Below are positions 34,788 through 45,174 of a stretch of DNA of 64,000 bases, one piece after another. The position numbers and the translations under genes were made by a program. The stretch's first letter is position 1; every line of letters begins with the position of its first letter. The DNA lies in NCBI GenBank assembly GCA_046290225.1, contig JBKAGE010000034.1, positions 343,598 to 407,597 of the forward strand, written 5' to 3'. Below the pieces are notes generated by a model. The model was not told where the DNA came from, ran no database searches, and saw only the letters and a list, made by a program, of their open reading frames with translations. The DNA is from Bradymonadia bacterium. Its GTDB lineage: Bacteria; Myxococcota_A; Bradymonadia; UBA7976; UBA1532.

Positions 34788-35008
34788 AGCCGTCCCGAGC
34801 CTTCAGGCTGCAGACTCTCAGACTTCGAATGTGCCGCAGGCCATCAGCTGTATTCTGGAACGCTGGAGTGCCCTTTGAAGGGGGCATCTCACCTCCAAAG
34901 CTCTGGGCTACAACGTACTGAAGAAGCTGAAGGTTTCGGAGGAGGGTGTAGCGACAAGGAGAGTATGAGGGATGGGAGTCAGTCGATGGGAGCCAAATCA
35001 GGCTGGGC

Positions 35009-35428
35009 CTAGTCGCAGGTGGGCTGGCTGTCGGACACATCAATCACGAGGCCACTGGACGCTTTGTCACGGCTCCAAACAGCCTTTACGCGTACCCATT
35101 TGTTGCGCTTCACGTTCTTTTTGGTCTTGCTGAAGCGCTTATTCTGAGCGCTGTTCTTGGCCACGATGAGCAAGTCGCACGCCCCCTTGCCCTCACCACG
35201 GCACTTGATGGTGCCCGTATCATTCTTCGCCTTGAGCCGGAGGGTTTCCTTGGCGTAGGACCGGTTCGAGTCCCGCCCGTTGAAGCTCTGAACGCGCAGG
35301 TGAGCCTGGCCGTGGAGGCAGTTGAGCACGTTGATGCGCACTGCTGAAGAGCGCTTTGCAGATGCTGTCCCGGTGAATCCGAGAGTGAAGAGAGCAGCGA
35401 AAGCACAGAGCCAGAAGGTGTGGCGCAT
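35009..35428 (-). CDS. small Lys-rich secreted protein, function unknown (low-GC island)
   Basis: signal peptide MRHTFWLCAFAALFTLGFTGTASA; conserved Cys pairs; K/R-rich mature part; local GC clearly below window average. Confidence 0.5.
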   Translation of the reverse strand: MRHTFWLCAFAALFTLGFTGTASAKRSSAVRINVLNCLHGQAHLRVQSFNGRDSNRSYAKETLRLKAKNDTGTIKCRGEGKGACDLLIVAKNSAQNKRFSKTKKNVKRNKWVRVKAVWSRDKASSGLVIDVSDSQPTCD

Positions 35429-35540
35429 GTATGTATCCTTGTGTGTCACCGAGAAAATCGTGGCGCCTTTGACGAAGCGCCAGTGAGTCCATTCAAAGTC
35501 ATTTCGCTTTTCTGCGGAAGCAACTCGAGGCAGCTCCAGC

Positions 35541-35987
35541 TCAAGAAGGCTCGACTACGACTTCCGTCGTGATCGAGTTCGCAATGAAACACCCCCGATG
35601 CGCAGACGTATGCAGCCACTCAAGTTGCTCTTCGGACGGTTGTTCTCCGGAGAAAGCAACCTTGGGCCGAAGCACGATGCGGGTCACCGCGAGTCGCCCC
35701 TTGTCGTTCTTCCCGAGGGTCCCGACCGCGTCGTCTTCGTAGGCATCCACCACCCACCCCCTCTTCGAGGCGATGGCGAGTAAAGTCAGCATGTGGCAAC
35801 TCGACACTGCTGCAACCAGGGCTTCCTCCGGGTCCACGCGATCCGCATCTCCCAGGTACGTGGTGGCGGCAGATGCTGGCACCGTGATCCCTGCGTCGAA
35901 GCCCCAGGTGTGAGACCGGTTGTAGTTTTCGTACGCGAAACCTTCGGTCTCGCGAGTCCAGCGAATCACCGCAGTATGTTCAGACAT
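35541..35987 (-). CDS. OsmC/Ohr-family protein
   Basis: size (148 aa) and OsmC-like pattern (VAAVSSCHMLTL ... RGCFIANS) with two conserved Cys. Confidence 0.55.
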   Translation of the reverse strand: MSEHTAVIRWTRETEGFAYENYNRSHTWGFDAGITVPASAATTYLGDADRVDPEEALVAAVSSCHMLTLLAIASKRGWVVDAYEDDAVGTLGKNDKGRLAVTRIVLRPKVAFSGEQPSEEQLEWLHTSAHRGCFIANSITTEVVVEPS

Positions 35988-36331
35988 TGGCCCTCCAACA
36001 GGCGTCAGCGCTCCAGCCGCACCGGGGTTCCATCGAAAACGTCCTCCGAGAGCTCAGGCTGCATCTACAGGTCCGTGACTCCTCATTGGAGTTCCGCATA
36101 AAACGGCGCCCGTGGCCAGAGACGCGATGCTCTTCGGACAAAGTAAATCGCCCCCGCTGGTCCTCACCATCTCTCGGCGCCCCATCGCAGCTCGGCACAG
36201 CATGCTCGCCCACATGCCGACGATTTAAGCGGAACCACGTGGGTTGAGTTCGACTGAACCACACAGCCCTCTCTACAATCCGCCGCTCAATCGCCAGCGA
36301 TTCATTTCATGGCGTTTTGGCAGTGCTCGAG

Positions 36332-37696
36332 ATGAGGCATCCCATGACCCGCACCTTCCTTCTGCTGTCGCTCTCCCTGCTCGCCGCTTGCGACACGGAG
36401 ACCCCATCGACAGAGAGCATTCAGGACGCGCAGGCACCCGGCCCAGGTGCTCTGGATGCTGCGATCACCGACCTGTCATTTGCTCAGGACGATGCGCTTA
36501 CACCTGAGGTGTCGCTCGTAGCAGATGCTGCTGTCGTGGAAGGCGATGCCGACGTGGAGGACGGCCTTACCCCGGACGCCGATGTGCCTCCTGAGATACC
36601 TCGCCCTGACGATCCAACGCCTCCGGACTACCTGCGTGTCCCCGACGACGCGCTCGTCATCGACTCGACGTTGTCGTGTGCAGAGGCACCGATCATCGAA
36701 GCCCCTGCCACGCTCTTCGTCCCCGGACAGCCGGAGAAATCGCCATTTGTGCGTTTGAGCGCGCCGCCGCAGACTGCCATCGGCGTCTACTTCACCCGTG
36801 GGCGTACTGAAGACGCGCTGCCCACTCTGCAGGGGATCGGGGCCTCTCCGGTCGCCTGCCATCAATGCCGGGACTTCGACCGTGACGGGTTCACCTGCCA
36901 GAGCCCGGGGATCCCACCCCAACGTTTCTACCAGGAACAATACTGGTCCACTGGCAACCCGTTGTTCGTCAATGACACTGACAGCCCGATGGAGGCGGCG
37001 CTCTCTCTGGGGCCTGGAGGCGGTGTGTTCACCCTCGTCGAGTTCCCTGTCGCGCCACCGTTCCCGGACGATGCCTGCGACGATGGCGGTCAGCTCGACC
37101 TGCCTTCGAACATGGCCTTCACAGCCCTGCCACCATGTGCAGCGATCACCATCGCCTCGCGCACTCGAGCCCAACCCTTCGGCATTACCTACCGTCTCCC
37201 CGATGTGTGGGGGCAACTCAACGACATTGAGCGCGTTCACCCTGTCGAAGGTGTGCCCTTCGCATGGCGTGAGATCCCCCTGCCCCCGTCCAGCGCCTGT
37301 GACACCGCGCCTGTGCTCGAGCCAGGCCAGCTTGAGCACGCTCGCGTTGATTTGGAGCCTTGGGAGGGAGGCGGTCTGTGCCAGTTCGACGACACCGCCA
37401 GGGGGACGGGTTACTTCCGCATCGTGATTCCGCCCAGTACCCGAGCTCACCTCACGTCGATCTCTGCGGTGGTGGCGGATGGCGGTGGATACCCCGTCAT
37501 GGTGATTGCTGATCAGTGTGATCCCGAAACCCGGTGTGACGCCGAGCATGCCCCACCTACTTGGACCGATCCCTTGCGGGTCACCTTGGAGAACCCTGGA
37601 GAGACGCCAGTCGAACACATCATCGGATTGATGCAGGGTGGAGTGGGCTACGAGGGCAACACGGTGGAGGTCTGGATGGCCACGGAGTCACTGTGA
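36332..37696 (+). CDS. lipoprotein, function unknown (Asp/Pro-rich N-region, Cys-containing globular domain)
   Basis: signal peptide with lipobox LLSLSLLAAC; start among Met1/Met6/Met10 is uncertain. Confidence 0.5.
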   Translation: MRHPMTRTFLLLSLSLLAACDTETPSTESIQDAQAPGPGALDAAITDLSFAQDDALTPEVSLVADAAVVEGDADVEDGLTPDADVPPEIPRPDDPTPPDYLRVPDDALVIDSTLSCAEAPIIEAPATLFVPGQPEKSPFVRLSAPPQTAIGVYFTRGRTEDALPTLQGIGASPVACHQCRDFDRDGFTCQSPGIPPQRFYQEQYWSTGNPLFVNDTDSPMEAALSLGPGGGVFTLVEFPVAPPFPDDACDDGGQLDLPSNMAFTALPPCAAITIASRTRAQPFGITYRLPDVWGQLNDIERVHPVEGVPFAWREIPLPPSSACDTAPVLEPGQLEHARVDLEPWEGGGLCQFDDTARGTGYFRIVIPPSTRAHLTSISAVVADGGGYPVMVIADQCDPETRCDAEHAPPTWTDPLRVTLENPGETPVEHIIGLMQGGVGYEGNTVEVWMATESL

Positions 37697-37837
37697 TCTC
37701 AGAGCCATACGGGGCCTGACTCGGGCAACCTGCTCACATGCCCCCGCTGTGGTGCGCACATGGCTCGATTCGAACACTCGACTTCGGCCTCAGGCTGATC
37801 AATAAGAGCCCGAGCCCTCGGAGTCCGGAGTCTGCCC

Positions 37838-38503
37838 ATGCACCACCTGCCCCACCTGCCTGGTTGGATCGAAGTCGTCTGCGGCAGCATGTTCTCCGGC
37901 AAGACCGAAGAGCTGATCCGCCGGCTGCGCCGCGCCGTGTACGCCCACCAGAAGGTGCAGGTCTTCAAGCCTCGTGTGGATACTCGCTACGACGACACCG
38001 CCGTGGTGAGTCACAACGATGCTCGGGTGGAAGCAGAGCCCGTCGACCACGCCAACGCCATCCCGGGGCTGGTTCGGCCCGATACCTCGGTGGTCGGCGT
38101 CGACGAGGCCCAGTTCTTCGACGAGAGCCTCGTGGCGGTGGTGAACCAGCTCGCCGACAAGGGCCTGCGGGTCATCTGCGCCGGCCTCGACATGGACTAC
38201 CTCGGGCAACCCTTCGAGCCCATGCCCCAGCTTATGGCCATCGCTGAGTACGTCACCAAGACCCGGGCCATCTGCACCGTGTGTGGTCAACCCGCGAGCC
38301 GCTCGCAGCGGCTCACCGCCAGCGAGAGTCAGGTGGAGCTCGGCGCCCACGATTCGTACGAGGCGCGCTGCCGTCATCATCATCACGACGGCGCAGGCAT
38401 GCCCGAGCAGCAGCCTCTGCCCATGTCACTTCCCGACCTGGGGCCTCGACACGGCCCCGTCCCCGAACAGATCCCATTGCGTTTGAAGAACGGAGGCCGC
38501 TGA
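37838..38503 (+). CDS. tdk: thymidine kinase
   Basis: P-loop [14 protein letters not shown]; [10 protein letters not shown]; C-terminal zinc ribbon [13 protein letters not shown]. Confidence 0.85.
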   Translation: MHHLPHLPGWIEVVCGSMFSGKTEELIRRLRRAVYAHQKVQVFKPRVDTRYDDTAVVSHNDARVEAEPVDHANAIPGLVRPDTSVVGVDEAQFFDESLVAVVNQLADKGLRVICAGLDMDYLGQPFEPMPQLMAIAEYVTKTRAICTVCGQPASRSQRLTASESQVELGAHDSYEARCRHHHHDGAGMPEQQPLPMSLPDLGPRHGPVPEQIPLRLKNGGR

Positions 38504-38504
38504 C

Positions 38505-39050
38505 ATGGACTTCTACAACAAGAGCTACCGCATCGAGACCATGCTCACCGAGGCCCAGCTCGACGAGCGTATCCAGGCCCTCGGCGCGCAGATCACCGAA
38601 GAGTATCGCGATCGCGGCACGGTGGTGCTCGTGGGGGTGCTCCGGGGCAGCTTCATGTTCATCGCCGATCTGGTCCGGGCCATCGATCTGCCCATCGAGG
38701 TGGATTTCATCGGGGTCTCTTCCTACGGCGACGCTCAGTCCTCCTCTGGCGTGGTCCGGCTCACCCAGGATCTGACCCGCCCCGTGGAAGACAAGCACGT
38801 GCTCCTTGTGGAAGACATCGTCGACACCGGGCTGACCATCGACTACCTCATGGCCAACCTCGCCACCCGTCGACCGGCGTCGATCAAGGTGTGCACCTTG
38901 CTCCACAAGCCCGACAACAAGAAGATCGAGGTGCCGCTCGACTATGTGGGCTTCGAAATCGAGAACAAATTCGTGGTGGGTTATGGCCTCGATCACTCCG
39001 CCAAATTGCGCAACCTCCCCTTCATCGGGGTGGTCACTGGCACGCCCTGA
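38505..39050 (+). CDS. hpt: hypoxanthine-guanine phosphoribosyltransferase
   Basis: PRPP-binding motif VLLVEDIVDTGLT; overall HGPRT pattern; start is 2 nt after the tdk stop. Confidence 0.85.
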   Translation: MDFYNKSYRIETMLTEAQLDERIQALGAQITEEYRDRGTVVLVGVLRGSFMFIADLVRAIDLPIEVDFIGVSSYGDAQSSSGVVRLTQDLTRPVEDKHVLLVEDIVDTGLTIDYLMANLATRRPASIKVCTLLHKPDNKKIEVPLDYVGFEIENKFVVGYGLDHSAKLRNLPFIGVVTGTP

Positions 39051-41259
39051 AGCACGCCTCTGGGTGCTCGCCGCCCTGTTGTGCCTCTCGGGCTGTGGCG
39101 ACAAGCCCGCCAAAAATGGCGCTGACGATGGCCATGCGTCGAAGGATGCTGTGGCGACACCGTCTCCGCAAACGCCCCCTGTCGAGCCCAACCCACCGCC
39201 ACCACCCGATGTAGACTGGCTCGCGGTAAGCCGCGCAGACGACACCTGCGCCGATTGCCATCCTGCCATTGCAGAGTCGTGGGCCAGACAGCCCATGGGG
39301 CGCAGCTGGTCCGTCGTCACCCCGACCAGCGTCGAGGGCGCCCAGCTGCCTGCCACGGTGAGACACCCCATCACGCACGAGACCTTCACCTTGCGTCTCG
39401 AAGGCGGCTCTCTGCTCTTCGAAGATGGCCATGGCCCTCCGCTCGAAGCGGTACAGATCGTCGGCAGCGGCGCCCACACACGCTCGTTCGTCGCCGAAGC
39501 TGATGGCGTCATGCGAATTCTGCCCATCACGGAATATGCCGGGAAAGGCTTCGCCCTCAGCCCCGGATATGAGGTGCCAGATCATCCGGGTGCAAGCCGT
39601 CGCGTCACGGACGATTGTCTCAACTGCCACGCCGACCAATTGCCTGTGGTGAAAGGCACACGGGACCGCTTCGCGTCGATGCCGGCCACCGCCATCGGCT
39701 GCAGTCGCTGCCATGGCGACGCCCGGGCCCATGCCAAGGCACAGACTGATGGTCAGCCCGATCCTGGCGTGCGATCTCCGGCGAAGATGCCCCCTGAGCG
39801 CGCCGCCGATGTCTGTGGTGCGTGCCATCTACAGGGACAGGTGCGGGTGCTGAGGGCGGGCCGTCGCTGGGACCATCATCGACCCGGTGCAGCTCTGAGC
39901 GACACCCTCGCGGTCTTTGACCGCACCCAGAGTGGCGAGGCCTTCAACATCGCCAGCCAGGCAGAGCGTCTGGGTCGAAGCCGCTGCGCCCAGGTGACGG
40001 GGCCCAGCCTCAACTGCACCACATGCCATGCCCCCCACCCTACTGAGGCTCAGCCTGATCGGTCTGCTCCGTGTCGGTCGTGCCATGTAGCCCCTGAGCG
40101 GGCGAAGTGCACCGCACCTGAGGGTCAGCGCGCAGAGGCAGATTGCGCCCAGTGCCACATGCCCAAAGGCAACACGGCTGACGTGATGCACGTGCAGATG
40201 ACAGATCACTTCATCCGCAAGCGCCCTGGTCAGATACCGCCCCCTCCGAAAGATGGCCCGCTCCTCTGGCTCAACCGCCCCAGTGACATCGCAGAGGATT
40301 CGGGGACGGCCCAGAGGCTGCTCGGACGTGCGTATGCCGAAGCGCACAGACTGTATGGCCGGCCCAAGGACCGTGCCCGGGCCCTCGCCGTGCTTCAGAA
40401 ACATCTGCGCCCAGGTGCGGACCCCGACGGCTGGTTCGATCTCGCCTCCATGGCCCGACTCGGGGGTGATCTCGCCGGGGCACGCACGGCCATGACCGAA
40501 GCGCTGAAGCGTGAGACCCCCTCGGCAGATGTCTACGGGGCAGCAGCAGACATCGCCCTCGCCTCGGGCGACGCCACAGGCGCCCTCACCCACCTCGAAG
40601 CGTCGCTGGCCCTGGCACCCCACGACGTCGATCGATGGACCCGCAAGGCCATGGCGCAGCTGGCTCTGGGGCAGCTCGACGCCGCGAAGGCCACCCTTGA
40701 CCACGCACAAACGCTCGACCCGCGCGATCCGACGCCCCTCATCGCCCGAGGGGCCGTGGCCCGCCTGCAGGGCAACCTCACCGAGGCCATCGCCCACTTC
40801 GAGGCCGCTGTGGCGTTGCGGCCAGGGCACGTACAGGGGTGGCTCGATCTCTGCCGGGCCCAGCTCGACGGGCGCGCCGCAGCGGCGACGCGGAACTGTG
40901 CCCGTGGATCAGGCCTCGGCCGTGGCCCTGGAGCCAAGGCGCGCTTCGATGGGGCCTTCGCCCGGGTGAGCCTCAACGAGGGCAACACCCGCAAAGCGAA
41001 GATGTTGGCGCTGAGGACCATGGTGGCCGATCAGTTCAACGCCGACGCCCAGATGGTGGCGGGGGTCCTCGCTGCGGAAGCTGGAGATGTGGCTGCCGGT
41101 CGGCAGGCCCTCGAGAAGGCCGTGTCCATCGATCCGGTCATGGCAGAGGGGTGGTGGCATCTGAGCAAGGTCAGAGCCCAAGGGGGGGACACCGCTGGGG
41201 CGACTCAGGCGAGAGATCGAGCCCTCGCACTGGGCTATCCAGCCACCAGCGAGCCGTAA
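38983..41259 (+). CDS. multiheme c-type cytochrome lipoprotein (7 CxxCH motifs) fused to a C-terminal TPR-repeat domain
   Basis: lipobox LLCLSGC; CADCH, CLNCH, CSRCH, CGACH, CTTCH, CRSCH, CAQCH; TPR-like repeats in the last 300 aa; start codon uncertain (ATG 38983 overlapping hpt, or CTG 39037). Confidence 0.7.
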   Translation: MASITPPNCATSPSSGWSLARPEARLWVLAALLCLSGCGDKPAKNGADDGHASKDAVATPSPQTPPVEPNPPPPPDVDWLAVSRADDTCADCHPAIAESWARQPMGRSWSVVTPTSVEGAQLPATVRHPITHETFTLRLEGGSLLFEDGHGPPLEAVQIVGSGAHTRSFVAEADGVMRILPITEYAGKGFALSPGYEVPDHPGASRRVTDDCLNCHADQLPVVKGTRDRFASMPATAIGCSRCHGDARAHAKAQTDGQPDPGVRSPAKMPPERAADVCGACHLQGQVRVLRAGRRWDHHRPGAALSDTLAVFDRTQSGEAFNIASQAERLGRSRCAQVTGPSLNCTTCHAPHPTEAQPDRSAPCRSCHVAPERAKCTAPEGQRAEADCAQCHMPKGNTADVMHVQMTDHFIRKRPGQIPPPPKDGPLLWLNRPSDIAEDSGTAQRLLGRAYAEAHRLYGRPKDRARALAVLQKHLRPGADPDGWFDLASMARLGGDLAGARTAMTEALKRETPSADVYGAAADIALASGDATGALTHLEASLALAPHDVDRWTRKAMAQLALGQLDAAKATLDHAQTLDPRDPTPLIARGAVARLQGNLTEAIAHFEAAVALRPGHVQGWLDLCRAQLDGRAAAATRNCARGSGLGRGPGAKARFDGAFARVSLNEGNTRKAKMLALRTMVADQFNADAQMVAGVLAAEAGDVAAGRQALEKAVSIDPVMAEGWWHLSKVRAQGGDTAGATQARDRALALGYPATSEP

Positions 41260-41279
41260 TTCATCTTCGCAGCAGGTGC

Positions 41280-43262
41280 TCAGGTGGTTGCAGGTGCCTG
41301 CTCCGCCGTCATGTACTGCTTGGCCAGCTGGAGCGCCTCCACCGCCGCTTGGGGCTGCTGCAATCTCAGGAACAGCTTGGCGAGGTGGGCCCAGAAGCTC
41401 GAGTCGGTGCAGCCCGCCTGGGCCACCCTCTCGTACCACCGCAAGGCCTCCATGTCCTCGTTGGCCTCTTCGGCGATTTGCCCGATGGCGAGGCAGAGCG
41501 ACTCTGACTCGCGGACCGCCTCGTGGGCCTCGTACAGACCCGTGAGCAGATCATAGGCGCCTTGCAGGCCTTGCGCTTGCTTGATCATCGCCGCCACCTG
41601 TACGGCCACGTCCACCTCTGAGGGCCGCACGGCGATGTAGCGATGTACGTGGCCAGGGGCCTCGTTCAGGTGACCGAGATTGCAGCCCAGCTCCACGAGG
41701 CGCGCTCTGACGACGACGTCTTCCTCACGGCCATCGCCGGGCATCGTCTCCACGATCTCGTTGTAGAGGGCATAGGCCTCGGCCCACTTCTCCTCCTCGA
41801 ATTCGATGTCGCCGAGCAGCTTCTTCGCCCGCCATTGCTGAATGGCCGGATCGTGGATCGCCAGCAGGTTGTAGCCGTCCATCTTCACCGCGAGAGAGCG
41901 CTGAAGGTTGCGTCGGGCCATCTCCAACTGGCCCTCGCCGATGTGGCCGTAGGCGGAGTGGTACCAGAGATCTACATTGTCGGGCCATCGAGTCAGGGCC
42001 CTGTCGGCCACCTCGATGGCCTCCGCCGAGCGCCCCTCACCAGTGAGCGATCGCACGAGGCCCACATAACTGTAGGGCACGGGCATGTGTCGGACTGCTG
42101 GCGGGTGGGCACCGGGATCCCGCTCGAACAACCTCACCACCTGACTGAAAGCCTCACGGGCCCGATCCACTCGACCAGCCACCCAGTGTTGGGAGCCGAG
42201 GTAGAAGTGGGTCATCAGGTCGTCAGGGCGCTCGGCGAGGCGGGCCTCGAGCAGCTCGATGTTCCGCTCGTCCTTGGCCTTCTCCTTCATGACCTCCGGA
42301 TCAGCACCATAGTGGTCGAGGATGAGATCCAGCCGGAAGTCGAGGGAGGTCTGCAGTGCAGTGCCCACCTCTTCGTGCACCCGGCCGGTGAAACGCATGC
42401 CCTCGACGTTGCGGAACAGCCGCCCGGAGAAGCCTTCTCCCATGAAGGTGCCGTCCCGAGTGAAGTTCCGAAGCCTCGGACAGACGATGAGATGCTGCGG
42501 GCCACCGGCCTCGAGGATGGACTTGAGCACGCTCCGAGACTCCGGCGCGAGACGCTCGTCGCAGTCGAGACAGAGGATCCAGTCGGATTCGGCCATGTCC
42601 AGCGAGGCGTTCCGGGCGGTGGAGAAGCTGCCGTCCCAGGGGTAGTAGCCCACCTTCACGCCGAGGGCTTCGCAGATGGCCACGGTGTCGTCGGTGCTCC
42701 CAGTGTCCACCACGATGATCTCGTCGGCCACCCCCTGCACCGACTCGATGGCGCCTGCGATGAACTCGGCCTCGTCTTTGGCGATCATGCACACCGCCAG
42801 CGTGGGCCTCTGCGCCCGCCGAGCGGCCTTCACCGTCTCTTGCACCACACGATGTACGTGCTTGGGGGCCGATTTGGAGCGGCCCAGCATCTGCCGGGCG
42901 TTCTTCTGGCTCTCCTTCGCCGCGGTGTACTCCGGATCAAGCCAAAGGCAATGCTCGAAGAGGGTGAGCGCCTCTGCGGCGTGCTGGCGGTTGAACAGCG
43001 CCACGCCGAGCAGATTGCACAGGTGGATGTTTCGCGGATGCTCGGTGAGGACCGGCGTGAGCAGCTCGATGACGTCCTTGTCCCGACCGAGGTCGAGCAG
43101 GTTCACCGAGGCATGGCCGAGGATCGTGGCGTTGCCGGGCTCGAGCTCGAGGGCCTGCTTCCAGAGGGGCTGCGCCCGCTCCGGGGCCGAGGCCCGCATG
43201 GCGATGGACTTCAGATACTCAGCGGACTGAGGATCTCGAACGGTGGCGATCTTGAAGGGCAT
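41280..43262 (-). CDS. TPR-repeat protein with central family-2 glycosyltransferase domain
   Basis: GT2 motifs LAVCMIAKDEAEFIAGAIESV...IIVVDTGSTDDT...LCLDCDERL; TPR repeats on both sides; start moved to internal Met (MPFKIATV) because the first ~124 aa of the track ORF look like translated intergenic sequence. Confidence 0.7.
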   Translation of the reverse strand: MPFKIATVRDPQSAEYLKSIAMRASAPERAQPLWKQALELEPGNATILGHASVNLLDLGRDKDVIELLTPVLTEHPRNIHLCNLLGVALFNRQHAAEALTLFEHCLWLDPEYTAAKESQKNARQMLGRSKSAPKHVHRVVQETVKAARRAQRPTLAVCMIAKDEAEFIAGAIESVQGVADEIIVVDTGSTDDTVAICEALGVKVGYYPWDGSFSTARNASLDMAESDWILCLDCDERLAPESRSVLKSILEAGGPQHLIVCPRLRNFTRDGTFMGEGFSGRLFRNVEGMRFTGRVHEEVGTALQTSLDFRLDLILDHYGADPEVMKEKAKDERNIELLEARLAERPDDLMTHFYLGSQHWVAGRVDRAREAFSQVVRLFERDPGAHPPAVRHMPVPYSYVGLVRSLTGEGRSAEAIEVADRALTRWPDNVDLWYHSAYGHIGEGQLEMARRNLQRSLAVKMDGYNLLAIHDPAIQQWRAKKLLGDIEFEEEKWAEAYALYNEIVETMPGDGREEDVVVRARLVELGCNLGHLNEAPGHVHRYIAVRPSEVDVAVQVAAMIKQAQGLQGAYDLLTGLYEAHEAVRESESLCLAIGQIAEEANEDMEALRWYERVAQAGCTDSSFWAHLAKLFLRLQQPQAAVEALQLAKQYMTAEQAPATT

Positions 43263-43359
43263 GCAGGCCTCTCGGGCGTAGACAGACTCGCACGATAGAA
43301 CGGCGCAACGACCCCCACGACTTGAGGCAGATCGAACAGAGAGAGGCTGGCTGTTTTCC

Positions 43360-45174
43360 TTGAGGCCCAGTGGGGTTATCCTCCCGGGGCACTCTGACCG
43401 CCAAAGGCCCCTCTTGAGCCAGCGACCCGTCCCTTTTGGCAAATATCTGCTCCTCGAGCGCATCAGCGTCGGCGGCATGGCCGAGGTCTTCAAGGCCCGT
43501 ACGTTCGGTGTGCAGGGCTTCAGCAAGCTGGTGGCCATCAAGAAGATCCTGCCGCACCTCGCCGAAGATGAGCAGTTCGTCGACATGTTCATCGCCGAAG
43601 CCAAGATGGCGGTGCAGCTCACCCACACCAACATCGCCCAGATCTACGATCTCGGCTGCATCGACAACGATCACTACATCGCCATGGAGTACGTGAGCGG
43701 CCGTGATCTGCTGTCGCTGCACAACCACTTCCGCAAGACCGGCCGCAAGCTGCCTGTAGAGCTGGTGGCCTACATCGGCGCCCGCATCGCCGAGGGCCTC
43801 GATTACGCCCACAACAAGAAGGGTGCCGATGGCCGGCCGATGAACCTCGTGCACCGGGACATCAGCCCCCAGAACGTGCTCATCAGCTACGACGGCGCGG
43901 TGAAGTTGATCGACTTCGGCATCGCCAAGGGCAGCCTGCAAGGTCGCCAGCAGACCCAGGCGGGGGTGCTCAAGGGCAAGTTCGGCTATATGAGCCCCGA
44001 GCTCGTCACCGGCCAGGAGATCGACCACCGCAGCGACATCTTCGCCCTGGGCACGGTGCTCTACGAGCTGCTCACCAGCGAGCGGCTGTTCCTCGGCGAG
44101 TCCGACTTTGCCACTCTGGAACAAATCAAAACCTGCGATATTCCCCCGCCCAGCGTTCGATCCCCTGAGGTGTCCCCGGCCCTCGACGACATCTTGATGA
44201 AGGCCCTCACTCGAGATCCGAACGATCGTTACAGCCGGGCCGCGGAGATGTCCGAGGCCTTTGAGCGGATGCTCCGAGAGGTGGGCCACCATCACCCCAT
44301 GAAGGCCCTCGGGCACTGGATGCAGACCAGCTTTCGCGAAGAGCGGGCCAAAGAGGTCAGCCGCAACGAAGCCTGGATGCGCATGGAGATGTACCCGGAC
44401 GACGAGGAGGAAGAAGAGACCTCGCTCTGGGACGACGCCCCCGACGTCGCCGCCGCAGCCAACCCTGAGAAGCCCACCTGGCTCTCACCAGAGGAAGCGC
44501 CGGCGCCGAACCTGCCCCTCGTGGGGACCCAGGTCGGCGACGATCCCATGGCCCTGCCCAACGCGCCGACCCCCACTCCAGATCCGCCTCCTCGGCCCAT
44601 CACCATCGATCACGCCCCCCGAGGGCAGCGGCGCCTCTTTCTGGTGGCCTCGGCCCTCGTGGTGATGGTGCTCACCGGTGTGGTGGTGGGCTGGCTGGTC
44701 CTCGAGCCCGCCCCCCCCAAGGCAAAGTCGGGGCTGGTGTTGCACATCGAACCCCCCGAAGGGGTCTCGATCTTCGTCGACAACACGCTCGCGGGCGAGG
44801 GCAGTCCATTCATCCAGAAGGGCTGGGCGCCTGGGGCCTACGCCGTGCGGGTAGAGCGCAGCGGGTACACTGCATGGAGGCGTCGATTCCTGCTCAAGCC
44901 CGGGGAGTTCGCCGAAGAGCGTGTGGTGCTCAAGCCCACCGCAGGCCTGCCGGGCAAGATCCGGTTCGTCACCGAGCCTGACGACGCACAGATCCTCATC
45001 GATGGACGACCGCTCCGTATCGATCAACGGTATGGATATGTGAGCCTCGACAGCAGCCACCCCAGCACCATCGAGATCAGAAAAACAGGCTACCTGCCCT
45101 ACCGGGAGCAGCTCACACCAGAGCCTGGGGGCAAACAGACCCGAACCTTCAGGCTCGAGCCCGCTCAGCCCTGA
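43360..45174 (+). CDS. serine/threonine protein kinase with Pro-rich linker, TM helix and C-terminal PEGA-like extracellular domain
   Basis: GGMAEVFKA, AIKKILP, HRDISPQNVLI, DFGIAKG, SPE; TM LFLVASALVVMVLTGVVVGWLVL; PEGVSIFVDN...; TTG start (alternative TTG at 43414). Confidence 0.85.
   Translation: MRPSGVILPGHSDRQRPLLSQRPVPFGKYLLLERISVGGMAEVFKARTFGVQGFSKLVAIKKILPHLAEDEQFVDMFIAEAKMAVQLTHTNIAQIYDLGCIDNDHYIAMEYVSGRDLLSLHNHFRKTGRKLPVELVAYIGARIAEGLDYAHNKKGADGRPMNLVHRDISPQNVLISYDGAVKLIDFGIAKGSLQGRQQTQAGVLKGKFGYMSPELVTGQEIDHRSDIFALGTVLYELLTSERLFLGESDFATLEQIKTCDIPPPSVRSPEVSPALDDILMKALTRDPNDRYSRAAEMSEAFERMLREVGHHHPMKALGHWMQTSFREERAKEVSRNEAWMRMEMYPDDEEEEETSLWDDAPDVAAAANPEKPTWLSPEEAPAPNLPLVGTQVGDDPMALPNAPTPTPDPPPRPITIDHAPRGQRRLFLVASALVVMVLTGVVVGWLVLEPAPPKAKSGLVLHIEPPEGVSIFVDNTLAGEGSPFIQKGWAPGAYAVRVERSGYTAWRRRFLLKPGEFAEERVVLKPTAGLPGKIRFVTEPDDAQILIDGRPLRIDQRYGYVSLDSSHPSTIEIRKTGYLPYREQLTPEPGGKQTRTFRLEPAQP

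Noticed and set aside
39037-39060. Sigma54-like TGGCAC at 39037
   Set aside because: The -12 element is absent (GAAGC instead of TTGC) and the site lies inside coding sequence.
36476-39530. Minus-strand ORFs 36476..37618, 37799..38386 and 38313..39530
   Set aside because: Antisense to the lipoprotein, tdk, hpt and cytochrome genes, all of which have strong motif support on the plus strand.
43263-43634. First ~124 aa of track ORF 41280..43634 (minus)
   Set aside because: Cys/Ser/Arg-rich sequence without TPR character, located in what is otherwise the kinase promoter region; an internal ATG (MPFKIATV) gives a coherent TPR-GT2 protein.
41643-44316. Plus ORF 41643..43298 and minus ORF 43219..44316
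   Set aside because: Opposite the GT2/TPR gene and the PEGA kinase respectively; no motifs; the opposite strands carry clear GT2 and Hanks-kinase signatures.
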